Below, piece by piece: positions 17,111 to 26,626 of a DNA stretch of 64,000 bases. The DNA is taken from positions 572,981 through 636,980 of the forward strand of contig CAVVUF010000004.1 of the NCBI GenBank assembly GCA_963751425.1. Direction: 5' to 3'. The position numbers and the translations under genes were made by a program. The notes under the pieces are model-generated. The model was given only the letters and a program-made list of their open reading frames with translations. It made no database searches and was not told the origin of the DNA. Numbering within the stretch: the stretch's first letter is position 1; each line of letters begins with the position of its first letter. Origin of the DNA: an uncultured Chloroflexia bacterium. GTDB lineage: Bacteria; Chloroflexota; Anaerolineae; Anaerolineales; UBA4823.

Positions 17111-18646
17111 ATGTTTACCGATACCAATCTTCCTAAACTTTTTCCTGCTATGGTTGGAACTCAGAGCAGCACGAACACCCTGCTCACCCTGCTGAATAAC
17201 CTTCCGGGGATGGTCTATCGTTGCCGAGACGATCCAGACTGGACCATGGAATTTATCAGCAGCGGTTGTCTTGACCTGACAGGATATTCCTCCACCGACC
17301 TGATCCGTAACAAAGTTATCTCGTATGGCAGTTTAATCCATCCTGATGATCGCCAGCGGATTTGGGTAGAACTCCAATCTTCCTTGCAGCACAATACCTC
17401 CTACGAGATCGTTTATCGTATCAAAACCCGGCAGGGAAAGGAAAAGTGGGTGCGAGCCTTAGGCCGCGGCACAGTCGATGCTGTGAAACAGTATTTTATC
17501 CTGGAGGGCTTCATCGCGGATGTCACCGATCAGATTCGGATAGAGCGGCAGCTTCAGCTTCAAACCAGCCGTATGCAAGCCTTGCGAAAAATCGATATGG
17601 CGATCTCTGCCAGTTTTGATTTGAGCCTGACGCTCAACATTTTGCTTGAACAGATCACAAACCAGCTGAATGTCGATGCCGCTGACATCTTGCTTTACAG
17701 TCCCTACACCCATACGCTTGGTTTTGCTGCCGAGCGTGGCTTTACCACCAATGCCCTCAAGCATACCAATCTACGCCTGGGAGAAAGCTTTGCTGGGCAG
17801 GCGGCCATCTCACGCCAGGTTGTGCACATTCCTGATCTCAATCAATCTTTAGGGCAGTTCACCCAATCACCTTTTCTTATTAATGAAGGCTTTATCTCTT
17901 ATTTTGGAGTTCCACTGATTGCCAAAGGACAGATCAAAGGCGTCCTGGAGATCTTCCACCGCTCGAAATTGCAAGCTACCGTAGATTGGTTGGAGTTCCT
18001 CGAAGCCGTAGCCGGGCAGGCTGCCATCGCCCTGGATAATGCCACCTTATTCAACGAGCTGCAGCATTCGAATGCCGAGCTGGCAAAATCCTATGATGCC
18101 ACCCTCGAAGGTTGGGTAAAAGCCCTGGAATTAAGAGACCGAGAAACAGAAGGGCACGCCCAACGCGTCATCTGGATGACGATGGAATTGGCCGAGCGCA
18201 TGGGGTTGGATACCGAGAATTTACCCCATATCCGGCGAGGCGCCTTGTTACATGATATCGGAAAAATGGGTGTGCCCGATTCGATCCTCCTCAAGCCAGG
18301 TCCGTTAGATCAAGATGAATGGAAGGTGATGAAACAGCATCCTGTCTATGCCTATCAATGGCTATCGCCCATCTCCTACCTGGGTCCTGCTCTGCAAATC
18401 CCTTATTATCATCATGAAAAATGGGATGGGTCTGGTTACCCGAATGGGCTCAAGGGAGAACAGATTCCTCTTCCGGCACGCATCTTTGCCGTTGCCGATG
18501 TTTGGGATGCTTTAACATCCGATCGACCTTATCGCTCAGCCTGGACAGAAAATGAGGCCGATGATTATATCCGCACTGAAGCAGGGAAACACTTTGATCC
18601 GCAGGTTGTCGATTATTTCTTCAAATATAAAGAGTACCTGATGTAA
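17111..18646 (+). CDS. PAS-GAF-HD-GYP domain protein (putative c-di-GMP phosphodiesterase)
   Basis: 511 aa. N-terminal PAS-like region, central GAF region, and C-terminal HAQRV...HDIGKMGVP...HHEKWDGSGYPNGL...DVWDALTSDRPYR. Confidence 0.9.
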   Translation: MFTDTNLPKLFPAMVGTQSSTNTLLTLLNNLPGMVYRCRDDPDWTMEFISSGCLDLTGYSSTDLIRNKVISYGSLIHPDDRQRIWVELQSSLQHNTSYEIVYRIKTRQGKEKWVRALGRGTVDAVKQYFILEGFIADVTDQIRIERQLQLQTSRMQALRKIDMAISASFDLSLTLNILLEQITNQLNVDAADILLYSPYTHTLGFAAERGFTTNALKHTNLRLGESFAGQAAISRQVVHIPDLNQSLGQFTQSPFLINEGFISYFGVPLIAKGQIKGVLEIFHRSKLQATVDWLEFLEAVAGQAAIALDNATLFNELQHSNAELAKSYDATLEGWVKALELRDRETEGHAQRVIWMTMELAERMGLDTENLPHIRRGALLHDIGKMGVPDSILLKPGPLDQDEWKVMKQHPVYAYQWLSPISYLGPALQIPYYHHEKWDGSGYPNGLKGEQIPLPARIFAVADVWDALTSDRPYRSAWTENEADDYIRTEAGKHFDPQVVDYFFKYKEYLM

Positions 18647-18666
18647 ACAGGGTAATGCTCCTTGGA

Positions 18667-18702
18667 AAATCCGCCTCCCCAAACAGGAGGCGGATTTTTT
18701 TG
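18667..18702. terminator. bidirectional rho-independent terminator
   Basis: AAAATCCGCCTCC-ccaaaca-GGAGGCGGATTTT followed by a T-run, between the convergent genes 17111-18646 (+) and 18703-19476 (-). Confidence 0.7.
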
Positions 18703-19476
18703 TTAAATCACCAGCCAGAATTTTCCCATCGTACCTACGCCTGGCTCCTCATAAGTCGCCATCTGGAAGCCTTTCGATAGCAAGAATTGCCGGTACTCCT
18801 GACCGGTACCCATCAAAATCACCATTCCCCCAGGTTTGGTAACCCGCACCATTTCCCTGAATTCCTCTTCGGGCAGGTCGCCAAACACATGACCGCTCAT
18901 CGTAACGTCCGCAAACCCCTCGGGGAATGGGATATCCGTAATAGTTCCATCCACACAAAAGACGTTCTGGAGCCCATTTTGATGAGCTTTCTCCTTGAGA
19001 TACGTGCGCAGGTTCGTTACTGGCTCAACGGCAAACACCACCGCAGCTTTTTCTGCAGCCACCAAAGTCAACCGCCCCGGACCAGCGCCCACATCGATAA
19101 CGGTGTTACCCGTGAAATCTACCAGGGAGGTCAATTCGGTTGAATCCCATTGGTTGAACTTCAGAGCATCATATATAGAAGGATCAATCACATACACAAG
19201 CAAATCCTCGACCGTTCCCAACACACCTAATTCAGCCTGCCGGGTTTCTTCTGGGCTAACTGGATTTTCTGGCGACTTGCTCATGACCCTATCTAGCCAC
19301 TCATTTAAATCTGGGCATTTATGCCGCATGAACCATTCCACTGCCGGGTTAGCCTGGAGCGCAATCGCCAAGCCTTGTTCCGGCAGCCATCCTGGGAACC
19401 AGCTCAGCTGCACGCGCTCTAACAATAACAGCGCATTGAAAGAAAGTTGGGTCACATCCATCCAATTTAGCGTCAT
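18703..19476 (-). CDS. class I SAM-dependent methyltransferase
   Basis: 257 aa. Motif I is VIDVGAGPGRLTL, followed by a Rossmann-like pattern. Confidence 0.8.
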   Translation of the reverse strand: MTLNWMDVTQLSFNALLLLERVQLSWFPGWLPEQGLAIALQANPAVEWFMRHKCPDLNEWLDRVMSKSPENPVSPEETRQAELGVLGTVEDLLVYVIDPSIYDALKFNQWDSTELTSLVDFTGNTVIDVGAGPGRLTLVAAEKAAVVFAVEPVTNLRTYLKEKAHQNGLQNVFCVDGTITDIPFPEGFADVTMSGHVFGDLPEEEFREMVRVTKPGGMVILMGTGQEYRQFLLSKGFQMATYEEPGVGTMGKFWLVI

Positions 19477-19576
19477 CCATCACTCTCCAACCATGCTAAA
19501 TAAAAAGATGAACAGGGGTTATCAGATATCCGATTTGCATCCTGTTCATCCCGATGATCTTGTTGCAAGTGCTGTT

Positions 19577-20821
19577 TTATCCGAAAAGCTGCTCAGCCCC
19601 CTTGCCCTGCTGGATCAGTGGAATATAAGTGTCAAGCTCTTTTTGAACCGCCGGATCGGTCAGATCGATCACCTTCTTCTTTTCGGCAGACATATAAGCA
19701 GCCATTACCAACCGGGTGATCTCCAAACCATAAGTCCAGGGCAAATACCCGTCCCGACCTTCCATGAAGGCTGTGGCGGCTTCTTCGTTCTCATCAGTAT
19801 ATCCGTACAAGTCTGCTTCGTTGTGCTGGACCGCCAGCAAGCCGCGGGAGGCGGTGGATTTCTCCAGCGCAAGCTCGGCATTGGCGGTGGCTTCCGCAGC
19901 CGCGTCCCCAATAAAAATCTGGAGCGAGGATGCCAGGGTATTGATTTCAAAGGCATAACCCGGTCCCATACCATCCATGAACAGCCTCAACCCTTGCTTC
20001 TCAAACATCCAAGAGTCCGTGAACTGCGCCTTGACGATCTGCCCGGTCTCCGGGTTCCGGTAGGTGATCATCCCGGTAGCAAAATCCTCTGCGGGAGTCC
20101 TCTTATAATCTACACCGCGCTCTTTCAACAGCTTATCCCGCCACTGCGGCAGCCCCCACTTCAGCAAGGCCACATCGGCTAACACAGACACCGGCTGGAG
20201 AAAAGTCAGCGGCTTTCCAATCGGTGTAAGCGCATACCAGCCCACAGCGATGCTGTGACAGCCCATGTCGCACAGCACCCCACCCCCTTGCCGCGTAGGA
20301 TCCCAGAACCAGCCCTCATGCGGTCCGCCGTGCTCTTCAGCGGACCGCGTCAAAGCCAGCGGTCCCATCGTTTTCTGTTGGGGCGCAAGCTGGGCAAGCT
20401 GAGATTGAACCGGCTTCATGAAAATTTGGTTTTCGAAGTAAGCCGTTTTGAGGTTAGCTTCCTTGGCCAGCTCAACCAGCCTGCGCGCTTCTTTTACATT
20501 TCGACCGAGGGGTTTCTCACAAATAATACCCTTCAGCACTGCGCCTTTCTTAACCGCCTCCACAATCTGTTCAACGATCTCCACGCGGGCAAAGTTTGGC
20601 GCATATACAGCGATCGCATCCACATGCTTCGCCAGCTCTACCACGCTTGGGTAAACTTTTCCCTCACCCAAGCCATACTTTTTAACCGTAGCCGAAAGCA
20701 CTTCTGCACCTTTAATGGCTGTGATGCCTGCCACTTCCATGTTGCGCACCTGGGTGAGGGCGCGCACATGGAAATTTGCCACAAAGCCTGCACCAACGAT
20801 ACCAAGTTTCAAAGCTGCCAT
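19577..20821 (-). CDS. Gfo/Idh/MocA family oxidoreductase
   Basis: 414 aa. N-terminal LKLGIVGAGFVANFHVRAL NAD-binding fold and EKP motif (ICEKPLG). Confidence 0.9.
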   Translation of the reverse strand: MAALKLGIVGAGFVANFHVRALTQVRNMEVAGITAIKGAEVLSATVKKYGLGEGKVYPSVVELAKHVDAIAVYAPNFARVEIVEQIVEAVKKGAVLKGIICEKPLGRNVKEARRLVELAKEANLKTAYFENQIFMKPVQSQLAQLAPQQKTMGPLALTRSAEEHGGPHEGWFWDPTRQGGGVLCDMGCHSIAVGWYALTPIGKPLTFLQPVSVLADVALLKWGLPQWRDKLLKERGVDYKRTPAEDFATGMITYRNPETGQIVKAQFTDSWMFEKQGLRLFMDGMGPGYAFEINTLASSLQIFIGDAAAEATANAELALEKSTASRGLLAVQHNEADLYGYTDENEEAATAFMEGRDGYLPWTYGLEITRLVMAAYMSAEKKKVIDLTDPAVQKELDTYIPLIQQGKGAEQLFG

Positions 20822-20872
20822 AGACTGCTCCTTTTTTGGAATGTGGTGAATAACGAATCCGTAAACTAGAGG

Positions 20873-20957
<85 letters not shown>

Positions 20958-21007
20958 CAGCCCAAAAATTTTATCACAAAACATTCCTCTGGTATACTTC
21001 GAGAAAT

Positions 21008-22486
21008 ATGTCCCGCATATCACGTGCTTCGCTGATTATCGCTGTCTTTTTTGGAGTGGATAAAATACTCGGCCTGCTGCGGGCGGTGCTCTTCAACCGC
21101 ACCTTCAGCCCCGCAGATCGCGATGTATTCTTTGTCGCAAATAATATCCCAGATCTGCTCTCGGCGTTGATCTCAGGTGGAGCCCTCGGCATTGCGCTGA
21201 TCCCTGTACTTACCGAGCATCTCCAGCTCAAAGGTCGCCCTGCTGCCTGGCATCTCTTCTCCCAGATCATCAACCTGGCTTTCCTGGTCACCGCCAGCAT
21301 TGCTTTGGGGATCATCCTCCTGGCGGACCCCCTGGTCCAGCACGTCATTGCTCCTGGCTTTAATGACCCGGCAAAATGGGAGCTGACCTCCAGGCTGATG
21401 CGCCTGGACTTGCTGGCCATAATGATTTTTTCAATCAGCGGCCTGGTTATGGCCGGCTTGCAGGCCAACCAGCACTTCCTGTTCCCCGCCATGGCTCCTG
21501 CGTTTTATAATTTAGGGCAAATATTCGGCATCCTGGTTTTAGCGCCCCGTTTTGGCATCTATGGGTTGGCCTACGGCGTGATCTTGGGGGCGCTCCTGCA
21601 CCTGGGGATCCAAATCCCCGGGTTGTTGATTCATAAATTTCATTGGTCACCGGGGATTGACCTAAAAAACCCCGGTGTCCGGCAAGTGCTGCGCCTCATG
21701 GGGCCCCGCCTCCTCACCATGTTATGTTTGCAGAGTTACTTCCTGCTGCGCGATCGTTTTGCCTCTTTCTACCAGGAGGGAGCTGTTTCAGCGCTTAATA
21801 ACGGCTGGTTTATCCAGCAGGTCCCCGAAACGCTGATCGGAACCGCCATCGCCATTGCCTTATTACCCTCTTTATCTGAATATTTGACAAAACAGGAACG
21901 CGAAAGGTTTCGAGAAACCGTCAACCGGGCGCTGCGGGTCATGCTCGCCTTTACGTTACCCATCGCAGCCCTATTGGCTGTTGCCATTCGTCCTATCGTG
22001 CAAATCCTCTTTGGGTTTGGACCTGCCGAGACAGAAATGGTGGTATGGAGTACACGCGCTTTCTTGTTGGGGCTGACCGGTCATACCTGGTTAGAGGTGG
22101 CTGTTCGCTCATTTTATGCCCAACAAGACGCAAAAACGCCTCTCAAAGCAGCCTTCCTCCAGATAATGGTTTTTTCCGTGGCAGCCTGGGGGCTTTCCAG
22201 CTGGCTGGGTCCTGCAGGCATCGCCCTGGCAGATTCACTCACCTTCACCGGGCAGGCTTTATTGTTACTCTTCATCCTCAATCGCCGGTTCCCACTGGTT
22301 CTGCAAGTGAGGAATACCCTGGTGCGCACGCTGGCCGCCAGCGCTGTAGGAGGTTTTTTGGCGCTGGTCCTGCTGCTCTATCTTCCCCTTCCTTCTCTGG
22401 CGAAAACATTGGGCGCTTTGGCTGCTGGCGGCTTGGCTGCGCTGCCATGGATCTGGCCTGAGATCCGCTCCCTGGTGAAATTATAA
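21008..22486 (+). CDS. murJ: lipid II flippase MurJ (MviN family)
   Basis: 492-aa polytopic protein. The N-terminus SLIIAVFFGVDKILGLLRAVLFNRTF and overall pattern are typical of MurJ. Confidence 0.85.
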   Translation: MSRISRASLIIAVFFGVDKILGLLRAVLFNRTFSPADRDVFFVANNIPDLLSALISGGALGIALIPVLTEHLQLKGRPAAWHLFSQIINLAFLVTASIALGIILLADPLVQHVIAPGFNDPAKWELTSRLMRLDLLAIMIFSISGLVMAGLQANQHFLFPAMAPAFYNLGQIFGILVLAPRFGIYGLAYGVILGALLHLGIQIPGLLIHKFHWSPGIDLKNPGVRQVLRLMGPRLLTMLCLQSYFLLRDRFASFYQEGAVSALNNGWFIQQVPETLIGTAIAIALLPSLSEYLTKQERERFRETVNRALRVMLAFTLPIAALLAVAIRPIVQILFGFGPAETEMVVWSTRAFLLGLTGHTWLEVAVRSFYAQQDAKTPLKAAFLQIMVFSVAAWGLSSWLGPAGIALADSLTFTGQALLLLFILNRRFPLVLQVRNTLVRTLAASAVGGFLALVLLLYLPLPSLAKTLGALAAGGLAALPWIWPEIRSLVKL

Positions 22487-22487
22487 A

Positions 22488-24005
22488 ATGAAAAGGGTTG
22501 CCTACCTCCTGGTTTTGATCATCCTAGGCCTGGGCGCGGTCATTTTTCCGGCGGCAACTTCGTCCTCACCCATCCCCTGGCAAGATCGGGTTGATCCCTG
22601 GGTGCTCGAGGATGCTCAGGCAGGCAAAACAGAATTTATCATCTTTCTATCCAAACAAGCTGACCTCAGCTTAGCCGCCTCGCTTCCAACGAAGCTAGAA
22701 AAAGGCACGTATGTGTATGAAACTTTACATGCCTTCGCCGAACAGACCCAAAAACCTATCCTGGATCAATTAGCCGCCTTGGGTGTAGATTATCGACCCT
22801 TCTGGGTTGCCAACATGCTTTGGGCATCCGGCGATCTCTCCGACATCCAGGCCATCGCCAGCTTGAAGGATGTAGCTCATCTATATGCCAACCCCAAAAT
22901 CCAGCTTGACGAACCCGAAGAATTGCTCGAAACAGGGCCGCTGGCTCCATCCCTGGGCCTGGAATGGAATATTCATCTGGTCAATGCCGATGATGTTTGG
23001 GCGGCTGGGTTCACCGGGCAAGGCGTGGTCATTGGTGGAGCAGATACGGGCTATGACTGGACGCATCCCGCCCTCAAAAACCAGTATCGTGGCTGGGACG
23101 GGGCCACAGCTAATCACAACTATAGCTGGCATGATGCTGTGCATGCCGATATCAATGGTGGCGGGAATAGCTGCGGCTTCAACTTAACGGAACCCTGTGA
23201 TGACAGCAGTCATGGAACTCATACGATGGGCATCATGGTCGGTGACGATGGAGCTGGGAACCAAATCGGCATGGCGCCTGGCGCACGCTGGATCGGCTGC
23301 CGGAATATGGAAGGCAATACAGGCACCCCTGCCACCTATATCGAGTGCTACCAGTGGTTTATCGCCCCAACTGACTTAAATGATGCTAATCCCGACCCAT
23401 CCAAATCGCCCGATGTGATCAACAATTCCTGGTACTGCCCCCCCGAAGAAGGCTGCACCGATCCAAATGTATTACTTACCGTTGTAAATAATGTCCGCCT
23501 GGCAGGTATCCTGACCGTACACTCTGCAGGTAACAAAGGCCCCACCTGCAGCACGATCGGCTATGCGGCAGGCATGTATGATGCCTCTTTCACAGTGGGA
23601 AACACCAACAGTAATGATGTGATCGACAGATCCAGCTCCTCCAGCCGTGGACCGGTGACCGCAGATAGCAGCGGCCGGATCAAGCCGGATATCTCTGCTC
23701 CCGGCACAGGGATTCGTTCCAGTATTCCGGGCGGCTATGCCACCCTGACCGGCACCAGCATGGCCGCGCCCCATGTGGCCGGGCTGGCGGCCCTGCTCAT
23801 TTCCGCCCGTCCCGAATTAGCCGGGCAGGTGGACCAGATCGAAACCATCATCACCCGCTCCGCCATCCATCTCACCACGTCAGATGGCTGCGGAGGTTTG
23901 CCTGCCGATGCCGTTCCGAATAACACCTATGGTTGGGGACGCATCGATGCCTGGGCTGCTTACCAATTCAGGTTCTGGTACTATTTACCATGGGTTTATC
24001 GCTAG
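22488..24005 (+). CDS. secreted S8 family (subtilisin-like) serine peptidase
   Basis: Signal peptide present. Catalytic triad motifs GGADTGYD (Asp), HGTHTMGIMVG (His) and GTSMAAPHVAGLAAL (Ser). Confidence 0.9.
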   Translation: MKRVAYLLVLIILGLGAVIFPAATSSSPIPWQDRVDPWVLEDAQAGKTEFIIFLSKQADLSLAASLPTKLEKGTYVYETLHAFAEQTQKPILDQLAALGVDYRPFWVANMLWASGDLSDIQAIASLKDVAHLYANPKIQLDEPEELLETGPLAPSLGLEWNIHLVNADDVWAAGFTGQGVVIGGADTGYDWTHPALKNQYRGWDGATANHNYSWHDAVHADINGGGNSCGFNLTEPCDDSSHGTHTMGIMVGDDGAGNQIGMAPGARWIGCRNMEGNTGTPATYIECYQWFIAPTDLNDANPDPSKSPDVINNSWYCPPEEGCTDPNVLLTVVNNVRLAGILTVHSAGNKGPTCSTIGYAAGMYDASFTVGNTNSNDVIDRSSSSSRGPVTADSSGRIKPDISAPGTGIRSSIPGGYATLTGTSMAAPHVAGLAALLISARPELAGQVDQIETIITRSAIHLTTSDGCGGLPADAVPNNTYGWGRIDAWAAYQFRFWYYLPWVYR

Positions 24006-25327
24006 GATTGTATAAAGAACCTGCCGGGCTTTGACCCGGCAGGATTTCTTATACAGAACTCTTTTTCGTAAGGCTCGCCATCTGCCGCTGGCGCCTGGCT
24101 GCGGCCAACCACGCCCGCCAGCACGATCATCGTCATAATGTAAGGTGCCATCAATAAGAAGTCGGATGGGATCCTGACCCCCAGGATGGCAAGCTTCGAT
24201 GCCAGTGCATCGGCAAAGCCAAACAACAGGCCTGCGCCAAAGGCGCCAAAGGGCATCCAGTTGCCGAAGATCATAGCTGCCAGGGCAATAAAACCACGCC
24301 CGGCTGTCATCACCTCGTCAAAGCGGCCTACCGAGCCGAGTGTAAAATAAGAGCCAGCAAACCCTGCCATCATCCCGCCTAGAAGAACCGATATGTAGCG
24401 GGTCTTGAAGACATTGATACCCAGGGTGTCCGCCGCCTTGGGATGTTCACCCACCGAGCGCATGCGCAGCCCCCAGCGCGTATAAAACAAGGCAACATGC
24501 AAGATAACGAGAAAGAAATACATGGCATACACATAAATATTGTGGTTAAACAGGATCGGACCAAAGAAAGGAATCTTCGAAAGCACCGGCACAGGCCAGG
24601 GTGCAAAGATCCCAGAGTTATTAAGCTCCTGGTAAGTTTGTAAATATTTTGCCGATATAAAAGAGGTAATCCCCGTGGCAAAAATGTTAATCACTGTGCC
24701 AGAAATAATCTGGTTGATCCGATACTTGATCGAGAGCACGCCATGCACCCATGCCAGCAGCGCCCCGGTAATCAATGCGCCGAGTACTCCCAACCACAGG
24801 CTGCCGGTCACGCTGGCGACCACTGTGCTGACCATCGCGCCACCCAACATCATCCCTTCAATGGCGATATTGACCACCCCGGCTCGCTCGCAAAGAATAC
24901 CCGAAAGCGCTCCCAGGGTCAGCGGTACAGACTTTTGCAGCGTGGCGTTCAACAAGCCCGCCAGGTTTAACGACTTATCCGCGGCTGCCCAGACAATAAA
25001 AGCAAAAAAGAACGACCCAACCACCAACGCCAGGATGGTGTTGGTGCGTTTGCCAAAACCGCGCGCCCTTGCCAGCTGCACCCCTCCAAAGAAAGCACAG
25101 GCAAAAGCCAATCCATTCAAAACAGCCATGCTGGGCAACTGCCAATTGGCAGTGGTGGCGTCTGAACCGCTGGGCACCATTACAAACGTGGTGATCGCGC
25201 TGTTGGTGGTGGTGCGCCCAAACATGATCCAGATCGCTGCTCCGATTAACAGGAACACAATTCCCATCACCCGCATGCGGGTTAGAGAGACCGTATCAGC
25301 TTCCTTACGGGTCGTTGCGCTCGTCAT
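24002..25327 (-). CDS. ABC transporter permease (BMP/nucleoside-type system, NupQ/YufQ-like)
   Basis: 441-aa polytopic protein with a BPD_transp_2-like pattern. Last gene of the operon 24002-29319. Confidence 0.85.
   Translation of the reverse strand: MTSATTRKEADTVSLTRMRVMGIVFLLIGAAIWIMFGRTTTNSAITTFVMVPSGSDATTANWQLPSMAVLNGLAFACAFFGGVQLARARGFGKRTNTILALVVGSFFFAFIVWAAADKSLNLAGLLNATLQKSVPLTLGALSGILCERAGVVNIAIEGMMLGGAMVSTVVASVTGSLWLGVLGALITGALLAWVHGVLSIKYRINQIISGTVINIFATGITSFISAKYLQTYQELNNSGIFAPWPVPVLSKIPFFGPILFNHNIYVYAMYFFLVILHVALFYTRWGLRMRSVGEHPKAADTLGINVFKTRYISVLLGGMMAGFAGSYFTLGSVGRFDEVMTAGRGFIALAAMIFGNWMPFGAFGAGLLFGFADALASKLAILGVRIPSDFLLMAPYIMTMIVLAGVVGRSQAPAADGEPYEKEFCIRNPAGSKPGRFFIQS
24020..24050 (+). 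terminator. hairpin terminator after the S8 peptidase gene
   Basis: CCTGCCGGG-ctttga-CCCGGCAGG followed by ATTTCTT. It overlaps the last codons of the convergent permease gene. Confidence 0.5.
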
Positions 25328-25330
25328 GGA

Positions 25331-26626
25331 TTATTTCCCTCCCCAACCGCTTACGGTTACGCCTTCTTCAAAAATTTCCGGTGCGCGCAAGCGATATATG
25401 GTCCGGATAATGGCAGGCGCGGCAATAAATGCCAGGATCAGCGCCTGCAGCACGGAGATAATGTCAACCGGTATCCCCGCTACTAACTGCATACGCGTGG
25501 CGCCGTTGCGTAAAATTCCAAATAACAGTGCCGCCAAAACCACCCCCAAAGGATGGCTTTTTCCTAACAGTGCCAGGGCTATACTATCAAAACCATAACC
25601 CGATGAAAATGCCATCGCCAGGTTATGGTTGACTCCCAATACTTCATTCGAGCCTGCCATTCCCGCCAGTGCCCCCGACAGAGACATCGCCAGTACGATG
25701 CAGGTGACTATGTTCATCCCTGCATAGCGGGCGGCACGCGAGTTGGCGCCTACCGTGCGCAGGTCAAAACCCCAGCGGGTCTTGAATAGAAACCAATACA
25801 CCAACCAGGCCATAAACAGCGCAATAAAAAAGCCCATATGAAAACGGATCGGTGCGCCAAAAAATTTCGGCAGAAAGGCACTTTCCTAAATCGTTGGGCT
25901 GATTGGGTTGAACGAATCCGGGCGTTTCATCGGCCCGGTCAGCAGCCAATCGCTTAGCCTGAAGGCGATGTAATTCATCATGATCGTATTGATCACTTCG
26001 TGACCGCCAGTCTTCGCCTTCAGCCACCCGGGGATCATCCCCCACAGGCCTCCCCCCAGCGCCCCAGCCAAAAATGCCAGTGGGATGTGAATGATTGACG
26101 GTAAACCCTTCACCGCATAGCCCACGAAGGCAGCAAAGATCGCGCCGATGAAGATCTGCCCTTCAACGCCGATATTGAACAACCCGGCGCGAAAGCCTAA
26201 TGCCACTGCCAGCCCGCCGAAGATATACGGCGTGGTTGCCACTAGGCTCTCAAATAAGGGATTGATGGCGCGCCGGATTTGAGCTGCGTCACCGCTTTGC
26301 AGGGCTTGAATGATGCGAACCGGATCACCGATCGCGCCGGTGAACAGGGCCCAATAAGCAGTCCCAACCGCTTTCAGGCCAGCAACCAGACTCGCCAGCG
26401 GCGATTGGCTCCAGGCCGTATATACTTCATCTGTGGTCAAGATAATGATGATCGCCCCAACCAGCAATCCCGAGAAGATTGCCAGGGTGGGGATGAGAAC
26501 TGCCTGGCTAATCCCCTTACGACGACCCGCTGGCTTTGTCGAGGAGGGCGCTGTGAGCTCCTCCAAAAAGATCTTGCCCGCATCTTGCTTGGGTTTCTTG
26601 TCATTCGGTTCGTTGTTTGTTTTCAC
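25331..26626 (-). pseudogene. ABC transporter permease (NupP/YufP-like) interrupted by an in-frame TAG
   Basis: ORFs 25886-26626 and 25331-25837 are in the same frame. The only interruption is TAG at 25886-25888, reading ...NPISPTI*ESAFLPKFFGAPIRFHMGFFIAL.... Confidence 0.75.

Noticed and set aside
25886-25888. In-frame TAG codons (here and at 47819-47821) as pyrrolysine or a reassigned/read-through codon
   Set aside because: TAG is used as an ordinary stop by neighbouring intact genes: the P-type ATPase at 3339, the solute-binding protein at 49512, and the MerB-like gene at 1345. No pyl genes are present, and the host genes (ABC permease and solute-binding protein) are not known Pyl proteins. 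The surrounding genes also carry frameshifts. Nonsense mutation or base error is the simpler explanation.
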